64,000 bases of DNA from Antedon mediterranea (GCF_964355755.1 NC_092675.1:16402912-16466911), one strand, 5' to 3'. Positions 51,316 through 62,503 are shown, numbered from the stretch's first letter. Numbers and translations are program-made. The notes: generated by a model not told the origin, from the sequence alone.

Positions 51316-52570
51316 GTACAACACGTTGGTATAAATATATAACAGTTTTGATCGATACATTTTTGTGTTTAATTAAGCCGTCTATAACAATTCAATTGAA
51401 CACGAAAACATCCACACGGTAAATTCTGTCTTGCCTAATTTAAATATTCAATCAATTTTTGTTGTCTATATTTGGCAAGGGTCATTGTAGAATGACCCAT
51501 GTTCTGGGATCGTGTCCTGTTTCGTCAATACGATCTCATCGTTTTGTGAAACCACAGCGTACGATACGACGTTGTAATACAATGAATCTGATAGTTGGAG
51601 TTGTTTTAACCATTTACAAAATAGTAATATTTTCTTGTATTCGACAAAGAATTTAATTACTTTATATTATTATAAGCCACGCAAAAATTAGCCAATTACT
51701 GTTTTCATCACCTGAATAAAGAATCCGTTATATTTATTATAGAGGGCTCAATTTCATCATTGCATATTGACTTGCAGCAACTTACAAGCCCATTTCAGTG
51801 TGTACTGAAATATCACCAATGCGTAGTTTTAACTCATTAAAAATCCCACAATGTGTTATAAAGCCCTGTCTAAACTTTATGTGAAAACAATCCAAGAAAT
51901 ATTTAGGAAGTAAGTGCAATTCATCATCAAACTATTGGAACTGACATGTACAACACGTTGGTATAATATATAACAGTTTTGATCGATACATTTTTGTGTT
52001 TAATTAAGCCGTCTATAACAATTCAATTGAACACGAAAACATCCACACGGTAAATTCTGTCTTGCCTAATTTAAATATTCAATCAATTTTTGTTGTCTAT
52101 ATTTGGCAAGGGTCATTGTAGAATGACCTATGTTCTGGGATCGTGTCCTGTTTTGTCAATACGATCTCATCGTTTTGTGAAACCACCGCGTACGATGTTT
52201 TAGACGACTTTGTAATACAATGAATCTGATAGTTGGAGTTGTTTTAACCATTTACAAAATAGACAAGGAATTTAATTACTTTATATTATTATAAGCCACG
52301 CAAAAATTAGCCAATTACTGTTGTCATCATCTGAAAGAATCCGTTATATTTATTATAGAGGGCTCAATTTCATCATTGCATATTGACTTGCAGCAACTTA
52401 CAAGCCCATTTCAGTGTGTACTGAAATATCACCAATGCGTAGTTTTAACTCATTAAAAATCCCACAATGTGTTATAAAGCTCTGTCTAAACTTTATGTGA
52501 AAACAATCCAAGAAATATTTAGGAAGTAAGTGCAATTCATCATCAAACTATTTGAACTGACATTTACAAA
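51316..52570. repeat. Tandem duplication of about 630 bp, non-coding
   Basis: 51316-51947 is repeated at 51948-about 52570 with few substitutions and small indels. Confidence 0.95.
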
Positions 52571-52727
52571 GTACTAGATTAAGTGTTGAATAATAGGCTA
52601 CTCCGTTTATATATTGAAACTAGTAATAATAAAAGAATCGTCATGGTTTTCTAAACAACAACAACAGAATATTATACTTTTTCTTTTGTTATTATTATAC
52701 GGATTTAAGAATTTAATAAATAGTATC

Positions 52728-52752
52728 GTTTCTATGGATATCAAAGTAAACA
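52728..52752 (+). promoter_or_regulatory. RFX X-box plus Forkhead site upstream of paralogue 2
   Basis: GTTTCTATGGATAT at 52728-52741 and GTAAACA at 52746-52752, about 280 bp before the ATG. Confidence 0.55.
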
Positions 52753-53027
52753 CGTATTATCATGTTTTATACTAAATTCTGATTCTAAAAGAAACTATAA
52801 TAAAAGTACATATGGTACCTATACACATTGGATTAGCATAGATTTTTCTTTTTTCTCTTGATCTACACGTTCCACATTCAACAAAGCCTACTAAAGATTC
52901 TGGAGAAGCTTCATGTATGTGTTAACTGTGGAGACGTATTCAACTGTCAACAACCTTGTTTAATTATCAGCTATACACCTACATTGCTTTTTGGACATTT
53001 TGGAGAATATTTCTAAATATTATAAGG

Positions 53028-54470
53028 ATGTCTACCGAAAAACAAGCAATCAATTTGATGACCAAAGGAAAAGGGCGTTTACTTCAGGTAATAAACACAC
53101 AAGAGCGACAGCATCATAAAAGATATGTCCAGTTTCTGGATACAGAAAGGAAGAGATTTAAAGTATCATTTGAAAGAGAACGTAGGGATTACTTTACTAA
53201 GCTTGAACAATATTACCGAAAAATATACTCGAGCGGACGGACTGGAATTGCGGAAGATGGAGAAGACGTGATGGCGGTACACTCTATTGATTTAAAACAC
53301 CGATGGTCCAAACCTGATCAACAATCAATTGATAATGGCAGTAAACTCTTGTTGGTGTCTTCAAATCTATCACCAGCATTAAAAAATGACAAAGAGCCGT
53401 TTAATCAATCAGTGTCCAAACAATTAGTAAATGACAGAGAACTTTCTTCAAAACAAACAAATTTGAACAATAATGAAATATCAGTCGTTTCTAGTAATGC
53501 ATCTGTCGTTAACTCTACTTCAACTAATAATTCATCAACACAAACTGAAAAGGAGACATCGTTTGTTCAACGACCAGATTCTAAGATTAACATATCAACT
53601 TTCCAAAGGTCAAAAGAGCATTATTTTTCTCAACCGGTTTCTGCAATAAGAGATAAAAAGCAGTCTGCTTGTGTGAGTTCTGCTAATACACATAGTAAAG
53701 AACCATCTTTCGTTCAACCACACATAAATAGGTCAGCAATGAGAAATGAGGAAAGCCATAAACTGAGGAAACACAAACTAATTCCCGGTTATAAAAGTAA
53801 AAGCTTTGTTCGATTTAGTGATTCTACACCGACAGAATATGTTGATTCCATAAATTGTAAACTTTCATGTAAAGCACCTATTTTGGGCATAAGGCCTATA
53901 TCATCATCAGACGGAGAGGTACTTAAAAACAATTGTAAGACTACAAGAAAAAGAACTACTTTAAAGCAAATTAGCTTAGGCTCAATTCCTTCCTGTTTGA
54001 AAACATCTACAAAGCTTTGTCGACATAGGACATTACCTGATCATTTCACGGTAAGCAGTGGCCATTATGAGACTATTCCTGAAGAAGAAATGTATGGAGA
54101 ACAATCATCAATGAATGATTCAGAAACACAGAGAGAACAAACCCGTGTCCGCTTACCAGTAGTGGGTGAGCAGAAGCCTATCCACACACCTCAGGAAACA
54201 GTAGGACCCACACCAACGTCGAATTACCGCCAAAAGACAATGTTGTACCATGAAAGCGAATCGATGGAGGAAATTGATGAAGATTTGCTTGATTATTCTG
54301 AATTCTTATTAAATAACTATTACTGTCTTCCACCAATATACAAAAATGTACACGCCGACCAACGCCAGTCTTTCAGTCCACCACCGCCATTCAACACTCC
54401 TGACTCTCTAGCTATGGAATTTAAAACATTGAAAATGTGTAGATATCTTAGAAACTCAAGTCCATTTTGA
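53028..54470 (+). CDS. Intronless coiled-coil / CRYLR-motif protein, paralogue 2 (480 aa)
   Basis: First ATG at 53028 (AGGATGT); the ORF track starts earlier at a TTG. N-terminus EKQAINLMTKGKGRLLQVINTQER...QFLDTERKR; C-terminus CLPPIY...SPPPP...FKTLKMCRYLR. Confidence 0.9.
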   Translation: MSTEKQAINLMTKGKGRLLQVINTQERQHHKRYVQFLDTERKRFKVSFERERRDYFTKLEQYYRKIYSSGRTGIAEDGEDVMAVHSIDLKHRWSKPDQQSIDNGSKLLLVSSNLSPALKNDKEPFNQSVSKQLVNDRELSSKQTNLNNNEISVVSSNASVVNSTSTNNSSTQTEKETSFVQRPDSKINISTFQRSKEHYFSQPVSAIRDKKQSACVSSANTHSKEPSFVQPHINRSAMRNEESHKLRKHKLIPGYKSKSFVRFSDSTPTEYVDSINCKLSCKAPILGIRPISSSDGEVLKNNCKTTRKRTTLKQISLGSIPSCLKTSTKLCRHRTLPDHFTVSSGHYETIPEEEMYGEQSSMNDSETQREQTRVRLPVVGEQKPIHTPQETVGPTPTSNYRQKTMLYHESESMEEIDEDLLDYSEFLLNNYYCLPPIYKNVHADQRQSFSPPPPFNTPDSLAMEFKTLKMCRYLRNSSPF

Positions 54471-54925
54471 AAGAAGATAGGAAGTAGAAAGAGAAAAATG
54501 TTAACAAAATAGAAGGAAAAGAGAGCAAATGATGAAAGGAAAGGATGACCTCATTGTTTCATCAATAATCTCTTTACACATGGATACATTTCAGAGCGCA
54601 GAGAAAGAGTAGTTTTATAACATTTTCTTTAAAAGCATACAGTTTTTATTTAACTAAATCCATTTTCCAAGGATATAATAAGCCATTTTAACAGGAGAGT
54701 AATGGTTATTTCCGTAATTGTTAAATTTGTATAGCTGCAAAATACTATTATTCCATTTCGTGAGAATGTTTGGAACAACACAAAGATGTCCACACATAAT
54801 ATTGTTATACTCTACTAGTAAAACTGTAAGCTGTCACGCTAGGTTATCAAGAAATTTCTAAAAAATGCATTCTATAGAATTTTTGACAAAGCCCCGATTT
54901 TAAATTATTGTGATCAGACTATATT

Positions 54926-54956
54926 GTTACTATAGAAAACTCGTTTCCATAGTTAT
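54926..54956 (+). promoter_or_regulatory. Tandem RFX X-box-like sites upstream of paralogue 3
   Basis: GTTACTATAGAAAAC at 54926-54940 and GTTTCCATAGTTAT at 54943-54956. Confidence 0.55.
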
Positions 54957-55020
54957 TAGGTACAAACAAGTTTATGACAATCCTTTTACATCATTTTAGT
55001 ACCATTGAGTTTTTGTAGGG

Positions 55021-55275
55021 CTTGTATGGATATTTCACTTTGGTATTAATCAAGCACCAGAGTCTTGTATGGATATTTTACTTTGGTATTAATCAAGCAC
55101 CAGAGTCTTGTATGGATATTTCACTTTGGTATTAATCAAGCACCAGAGTCTTGTATGGATATTTCACTTTGGTATTAATCAAGCACCAGAGTCTTGTATG
55201 GATATTTCACTTTGGTAATCAAGCACCAGAGTCTTGTATGGATATTTCACTTTGGTATTAATCAAGCACCAGAGT
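55021..55275. repeat. 43-bp minisatellite, 6 copies
   Basis: Unit CTTGTATGGATATTTCACTTTGGTATTAATCAAGCACCAGAGT; the fifth copy has a 3-nt deletion. Confidence 0.97.
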
Positions 55276-55563
55276 CGATTCAATTTTCACAACATACAAA
55301 CTCAAATAAACATTTGATTTGATATTTGTTATTTCGGAGTTTTTTTATTCATCAGAATTAACATATAGTTGTTTGATTGCATCAGGATGATCCCCAGAAG
55401 TTCCAGCGGTAACTAATGATCTCCTCTTGAGTCTTCTTGAATTTGAATTGGTGGAGGATGATTTTGCTTTCTTGGATTTCACGATTTTGTAATTTTCTAA
55501 CGTAAATACGTTGCACCAAGTACTATGTTGAGATAGATAAAATCATCGTTAACAATCGATACG

Positions 55564-56562
55564 ATGTCTGTTCCTTTTGAACGTTCCGAAAAGAAAGCAT
55601 TGGCGGGGATGGAGAGGAGAAAGGGGCGTACGTTACGTGTTCTAAACACATACGAAAAACAGACATACGCTAAACAAATACAATTCTTGGAAAAAGAAAA
55701 ACAAAGATCTGCAAAAATGATTGATTTAGAATGCAACGGTTACTACGACCATCTCGAACAGCATGTCGCAAAACTTTATCCAAATACGTCCAAGTGTTTA
55801 TTAGAGGAAATTAAATCTCAAAAAGATGACAAAAACATGAATAAAACATTATCGAAACCGACCGATTCACAATTACAGCCTGACGTTGTAGAAAAACAAA
55901 AACGGTTCTCTGATAGACCTACATTGGAAGGAAAGGGAAAAGAAATAGGCATACCATTCCATCGAAGTAAAACGACGTTTGAAACTTGTGATCGTGTTGT
56001 TCCAACCAAGCCGAGTCTCCGACCGCTTACTGATAGCGAATTAAAGGGTAGTAATCAGGTATGGGGACAGAAAAACTTACACATTCCACTCAACCCATCA
56101 AAAGTGAAATTACCAAGCCAGAGAAAAACTCTACTTCTCCGATGTAAAACTACTTTACCGGAAAACCTTAATAGACCTACTAAAAAGAAGTTAAATTCAT
56201 TGAAAACGCATACTGCCAGTAGACCAACAACTAACTATGATGCTAAACGTGTTTCAATCACAGGTAATAACGATAAACCATCTGATGGAATATCGTTGGA
56301 AGATGCTAACTTTACAAGCAGGCATGATGTTCCAGGGGTATGGTCTATAAATGAACACCACCATTCTAAACACGATAGAATTCAAACCATCAAGCCGTAC
56401 ATTCCATCGCATGTTCTTCCGCCTGTGCATTCAAGCGAGTCTCGTCCGTTAGTTGCACGGTCCTGGAGTCCACCACCACGTCAAAAACATTTTGAAAATA
56501 TAGATGATTTTAAGAAACTTAAATTCTGTAGATATTTAAGAAGTAATACATTTTTACACTAA
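55564..56562 (+). CDS. Intronless coiled-coil / CRYLR-motif protein, paralogue 3 (332 aa)
   Basis: N-terminus EKKALAGMERRKGRTLRVLNTYEK...QFLEKEKQR; C-terminus VLPPVH...SPPP...FKKLKFCRYLR; AATAAA just after the stop. Confidence 0.9.
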   Translation: MSVPFERSEKKALAGMERRKGRTLRVLNTYEKQTYAKQIQFLEKEKQRSAKMIDLECNGYYDHLEQHVAKLYPNTSKCLLEEIKSQKDDKNMNKTLSKPTDSQLQPDVVEKQKRFSDRPTLEGKGKEIGIPFHRSKTTFETCDRVVPTKPSLRPLTDSELKGSNQVWGQKNLHIPLNPSKVKLPSQRKTLLLRCKTTLPENLNRPTKKKLNSLKTHTASRPTTNYDAKRVSITGNNDKPSDGISLEDANFTSRHDVPGVWSINEHHHSKHDRIQTIKPYIPSHVLPPVHSSESRPLVARSWSPPPRQKHFENIDDFKKLKFCRYLRSNTFLH

Positions 56563-57357
56563 ATGCTTGTTCTGCAAAAAATAAACACGTATATTTTTTA
56601 GTATTTTTACGCTGATATAACTTTAACTACAATATAAGAGAATTATAAGAGAATGATGGAGTTTTTTAGAATACGCTTTTTAACAAATGTTATATACAAA
56701 GATTTTTTTCTCTCAGTAGTAACGATTTATTCAAGATGAGACAAGTACTTAATTCTAATCTTTGTTTTAATAATGGTTTGTAAAATGTATTTATGTTCTT
56801 TATTCATTTTTAATTTGTTTACTACTTTGGTATTATATTGTTTAACTATTTAAATATTTCAATTAAAATTACAGTAGGCCTAGCAGACGATAGATGGTGA
56901 CTAATAATGATATTATACCGTATAACAATGCATTGTTTTTATAATTATTTCCAAGGTAACTTTCGAGTTCGAGATGATTTGGTTACAGCAATTAAACCCT
57001 GTCAATTTCTAGTTTTAGATTATTCTACTGACAACAAAACATCAAGTATCAACTGGTATGTGATACTTTTTAGAATGTGTATATTCTTCACTGTTGCATG
57101 AACGCTGTTCAGTAAATAAGTACATGATCATGATAGAGCTTAGCATAAACATTGCACAAAGTTGCTTTAGGCTTCTGGTTGGTTTATGCTGGCGTTAGGC
57201 TTCTAGAACTAGAATTTAGATTACTAGCCTAATGATTTATTTAATTGAAAGAAATTGGAAAATAAAATGTGAACAAAATGTCCATTAATTTGTTTTTCTT
57301 TGTATATCGTCGAAAGTGTTCGTAATGATAATACTGAGATTAAGTGTTATATATAAT

Positions 57358-57478
57358 TAGGGAACGAGAGGACGGGATGATGATGATGAGGAGGAGGATG
57401 ATGATACAGATGACGATGATGATGATGAAGATTACGATGATGATGCAGATGATGATGATGCAGATGATGATGATGATT

Positions 57479-57521
<43 letters not shown>

Positions 57522-57712
57522 CGAGGGTGATGATAAGGATGACAAGGATGATGAAAAGATGATGAAAAGATGATAAGGAAAAAATCTGGGAACAAGAGGA
57601 TGGGATGGTGATGATGATGAAGATGACGAGGATGATGACGATGATGATGATGAAGATGACGATGATAGTGCAGATGATAATGATGCAGATGATGATGATG
57701 ATGACGAGGATG
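57358..57712. repeat. Degenerate (GAT)n microsatellite with a higher-order duplication of about 230 bp; resumes at 59314-59380
   Basis: Long GAT runs; GGGAACRAGAGGAYGGGATG near 57360 and 57588; GGAAAAAATCTG near 57577 and 59368. Confidence 0.93.
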
Positions 57713-59313
57713 ATGGAAATGTGCATGGAAATGTGCAAACATCGCACCAGTCCATAAGAAGCTCAGCAAGACGAACCTATGCAACTATAGACCAATTGCA
57801 CTGACATCTTTGTTCTCTAAGGTGCTCGAGAGTATTGTCACCGATGAACTCCGTCTTCATCTGAACGAATTTGGACTTATGTTTGATGGCCAATATGGTT
57901 TTACTCCAGGAAAATCTTGTTCCTCAGACTTGGCTGAGGCTACAACATCCTGGGTTAAGGCTTTAGATAATGGGGCACCACGGATTGATGTCGTGGCTCT
58001 TGATTACAGTAGGGCATTTGATTCCATCTCGCATGACATTCTGGTGAATAAGCTTTCAAAAACGTATGGTGTTGGCGGTGTATTATTAAAATGGATTAAC
58101 TCTTTCTTATCTGGTCGTAAGCAAAGAGTAATTTTTAATGGTGTCCAATCTGACTGGTGTTTAGTCAAGTCAGGTGTCCTCCAGGGGTCAGTCTTGGGGC
58201 CATTATTGTTCAACATTTACGTGAATGACTTAAATCTTCACTTGGAAAATAAACCGTACCAATATGCTGACGATACATTTATTAGTAAAGCAGTTTATTC
58301 TTATTGTGATTTTATTTCCTTACAGAGAGACATTAACAAAATCTCTGAATGGTCAATTTTAAACAAACTTATTTTAAACCCTACTAAATGTAACATCTTG
58401 TCTATCAATAGAAGGAGAGCTCCATCTTCTAATGACTATGTACTTAACGATCAGGTTATTGCACATGTTAAACATCTGAAAATTCTTTGTGTGTACATAT
58501 CCGATGATTTGTCATGGTCTAAACAAGTCCATGAGGTTGTAAATAAGTGTAATAGAACACTGGGTCTTGTTAGAGCAATTGCTGGTGGTTGTTCTACACC
58601 CGTTCTTTTAAAATTATACCAGTGTCTAGTCCTCCCTCATATACAGTACTGTTGCGAGGTGTGGTACCCTTATCGCATATGTCAAATTCAAATGATTGAG
58701 CAAATCCAGAGACGGGCCACCCGGTTGATTTTACATCAACGTCGTCAGGAACATGTCATATGAGGGGAGACTAGACACTCTTGATATCCCATCCACAATC
58801 GCTATTAGAGATTGTTATACTGTTCTATTTGTTTGCAATGTTTTACTTTATCATCAAAGATCTATTATTTATAATTTACTCATAGTTAATAATCGTCATG
58901 ATACTTTCACTTTCAAGCATCTTCGCTCCAGTAATGATATGTCAAAATTTTGCATCCCGACTAGAACTTGGAATTCCATACCCAATGAGATTCGCGATAT
59001 TTTTGTTAATGGTTCTTTTATTAATTTCAAATTATCTCTAAAGCTATATTTTAAATGTCGGAGAGAAACTTTTTAAATTTTTAAATGAAATGATATGTCT
59101 ACTATATTAGTATATATTCTTGTTATTTGTTATTTATGTGTTGGAGAGACACACCTTACCGGTGACAGCGTTTTGTTTAATGCTTTTGTCTTTCCTCGGC
59201 CTCGTGTCTTGTTTTTCATATATATATATATATATATATTTCTATGTTTTTTTTTGTTGTAATTATTATTTTATGTTTATTGCCGAAATGAATAAAATAA
59301 AATAAATAAAAAA
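57713..59313 (+). mobile_element. 5'-truncated non-LTR retrotransposon (CR1/L2-group LINE), RT domain, decayed
   Basis: WKCANIAPVHKK...NYRPIALTS, QYGF, LDYSRAFDSISH, SGVLQGSVLGPLLFNIYVND, YADDT, LNPTKC; frameshift near 58750; A-rich tail AATAAAATAAAATAAATAAAAAA. Confidence 0.93.
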
Positions 59314-60248
59314 TGATGAAGATGACGTAGATGATGATGATGCGGATTATGATGATGCAGATGATGAGGGAAAAAATCTGTAGCTAATATAAAGTGGATT
59401 ATTTCACTGTACCCGTTCTGATTTTCGCTGTCTAAAAATAAGTGGGGTTATTATCAAAATATTGTTGTAAAGAAATTTTAAACCGCGGAGCTAACCTTTA
59501 AATAAAATTATGTCAACGACATAAAAAAAAATATTGGTTTCCGCCCTCTATACTGTGATACCATTTTAAATTTTTCACAAACGCTACAAAAAAAGATCTC
59601 GAATTGGATTGGAAAAGGGAGTTTAATTTTTTGTATTTACTAATTGAATATATATATAGCATATATGTTAAATAATGAATACGAAAATACAAATTGGAAG
59701 TATGTCACAATACGTTCAGACAACTTTGTGTATTATTTGTAATTAAATACGCTGGTTTAAGTTCGCATAACATAGGCTTGGCTAGGCCTGTCTGGCCAAG
59801 CAAGCACTCCACCAATTCAGCAGATGAGTTTGAGTCCGCATGAGTGAGGTGGCGGCGAACTTCCAGTCGGTATTAATAGCCTAGGCCTAGAGAGTAGTAT
59901 AAACGGAACTATCATCGAACGATTTGATCCGTTAACTGTAAGGTCAGACCAAAAATACTTATTTCATGCATGCACACTTCAAACATTAATATACTTACTA
60001 GCTAGTCTAGTCATTCATGATGATAATAAAGTAGGCCTAGCTAGTAGGCCTAATAAGTAATATTAGTTATTAAATATTAATAATATTAGTAAGTATTTAG
60101 GCAAGTGCTTGTTTCTGTATTTTCTAAATACCGTCCTTATGTACCGCGGTATATGTTTATACCATATTTTGACCATATGCAGCTGAATCGGGCCTCTTCA
60201 ATAACCATTAATTTTTATAATATTTATATAAGTGAGCTAATTTATATA

Positions 60249-61949
60249 CTGTACTGATACGGGTAAAAGCCCATACTCGGGTATAAGCCCACCCCCGACT
60301 TTTGACTAATTTTCATGAAAAATGAGGCACTCGGGTATAAGCCCACCCATTAATTCGAAGATCTACAGTGTGTGCCGTAATACATTATTTTGTATTTGGT
60401 GACGTCCATACACCGAATACAGCTTTGATCATAACCAAGGGGTGTCACGAAACCTAAGACCACGAAAGCTAAGACCCCCTAAGACCTAAGATCACGAAAG
60501 CTAAGACCCAAGACCTAAGATTACAAATTCTAAGATATACTACAGCTTAAAAACAATACTTGTTTATCCATACATAATTTTAAACACAGTAGGTTTCATT
60601 TATTACCATAAATATAATTTAATACTACCGCAAAACATAGATAAACTCACATTATTTTCGCCCGTTGAGTAAATGTATATTTTTTCTTTACAACAAACAA
60701 ACTTGACGGGTTGTTTGTTGGTATATATTTACTCCAATGTGTTGGTTCAGAGGATGTTTTTCTTACGCACCTGCCTTTCTTGTATTTTGACTCCAAATTT
60801 GTTGACTAACTTTATCCTGAATACCACACTTTAAAATTAGGACTTATAAGTACTTTCAGAAGGAGAAACACATAAAAATAAATAAATCCTTTCCCATCCT
60901 GATTTTAAAGACGTGTTTCTTTGTATACTGTAATGTAACTCCTCGAGCTCCCCATGCTCAATGTTTTTGTTTCTATGGAGCGCCAAAAGAGCAACAATAA
61001 TAGTACAAGTATAAAAACAGAAAGAAAACGAAACAAAAAAACTTATCATAATTTTTAAGTTAAAATCTATTTGCCAGCATTTATTTCTTCGTACTTGCAT
61101 GATTATACTATTATATTATCATTACAATTTTAATTTTACATTGTTCCATCCACACTGTAGATGGACTCCACAGAGTTTTCAGCTCTCTATATAATTTTTG
61201 CTCTTTTGACGTTCCATAGAAACAAAAACATTGAACATGGGGTAGGCCTACCTCTAGTGTGCTGTAGGCTAGTCATTTTGTGTGCGAGAAAAACGTCTGT
61301 AAAATCATCAATTTAAAAATGTATTTGTTACTTTTTATGTGATTCTTTTTCATGAAAGTGCCAATTCTAAGGTGTGGTATTCAGAATAAATGTTGGGAGT
61401 TAAAAAACAAGGCAGGTGCGAAAGATAAATATTTGTAGTCTTGGGTCTTAGCTTTCGTGATCTTAGGTCCTAGGGGGTCTTAGCTTTCGTGGTCTTAGGT
61501 TTCGTGACACCCCATAACCAAGCTAGGCTAATATACGCTAGGCCATATGAGGCCTAGCGGTCCTGTTTTGTTTACACTCCATCGCGGTCGAAGATTGCTT
61601 CACACACGACGCTATGAGTCGCCAAAACGGAAAACCACTATTTGGTATCGGCTGCCATAAACAAGCTTATTATTAAATTTCTTTGGTACATTTCTATTTA
61701 ACGAACATTGTATACTTGCTTTTCTGCTTGATAAATTCTTGTTCAATTGATGTTTAAAATAAGATATTCTACGATAAATTTAACACGAACTAGGCCTTGT
61801 GAAGACGCTCGCTCGCATGGGGGAATACACAGTGTAAATGTGCTGTTTTTGACGATCTGCATTTTTGGATCCTCGAGTATAAGCCCACCCCCCAAACTTG
61901 ACATGATTTCATGTTCAAGGGGGGTGGGCTTATACCCGCGTCAGTACGG
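60249..61949. mobile_element. Tc1/mariner (pogo/Tigger-like) non-autonomous element
   Basis: TA TSD; TIRs CTGTACTGATACGGGTAAAAGCCC and GGGCTTATACCCGCGTCAGTACGG; internal CTCGRGTATAAGCCCACCC repeats. Confidence 0.82.
60439..61513. mobile_element. Foldback / MULE-like element nested in the mariner-like element
   Basis: Long TIRs GGGGTGTCACGAAACCTAAGACCACGAAAGCTAAGACCCC and its inverse; TSD (C)ATAACCAA(G), 8-10 bp, on both sides; further internal inverted blocks. Confidence 0.88.
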
Positions 61950-62341
61950 TACTTAATCATTCAACTGCAGTAATATTAAATAAGGTTTATCCAGATATAC
62001 TGTCAACTGTGTATAGCTTGATATTGCGAGGAGCGTTATTGCTGATAATGCGGTGGCATATTGTTGGAGGAAAAAAGTAAACAACAAATCTCATTCGTAA
62101 ACATGTGTGTGCCCTCATTTTCTTCCTGTCATGTGTTGCATGCTAAAACATTATACTGTGTGGTTTTTAAAACTACAATTTGTTCAAGTGAACAATATGT
62201 AACCTCAACAAATAAAATAACGCTTTCAACAAAATTGAATTTAGTATCGGCTTCCATAAACTTGATACTTGATAGTTTTGGGGAAAACTCTGATAATATA
62301 ATTTTTTTATTTTCAGGTAATGTGAATCAAATGGTGACAGG

Positions 62342-62503
62342 ATGCTAAGGTCATGCCTATGTCTACGTGGTAGCAAAGAAGACGTCAAAGAGCTTGATTT
62401 CAGACACTGCAACTTGAATTCAGTACCAGAAGAAGTCTATGAGTTTGAGCAAACCTTAGAAGAACTTTACTTGGACTCCAACAACATCAAAGATCTTACA
62501 GTT
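62342..62503 (+). CDS. ERBIN: First coding exon of a LAP-family LRR protein (Erbin/LRRC7-densin orthologue); gene continues beyond the window
   Basis: MLRSCLCLRGSKEDVKELDFRHCNLNSVPEEVYEFEQTLEELYLDSNNIKDLTV; CxCLRG and TLEELYLD resemble Erbin/LRRC7 more than Scribble. Acceptor ends at 62316, phase-0 donor GTAAG at 62504; probable non-coding first exon ends near 59937. Confidence 0.82.

Noticed and set aside
52956-53027. Hydrophobic N-terminal extension of paralogue 2 in the ORF track
   Set aside because: It starts at TTG; the first ATG at 53028 aligns with the start of paralogue 3.
55330-55500. Coding-looking minus-strand stretch (KIVKSKKAKSSSTNSNSRRLKRRS..)
   Set aside because: Short, with no supported start or splice partner, and opposite the leader of paralogue 3.
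57340-57784. Poly-His, poly-Met, poly-Ile and poly-Ser ORFs
   Set aside because: Translations of the (GAT)n microsatellite.
57810-59076. RT as a retron, DGR, group II intron or domesticated gene
   Set aside because: Typical non-LTR RT motifs with 5' truncation, a frameshift, substitutions in conserved motifs and an A-rich tail indicate a dead LINE copy.
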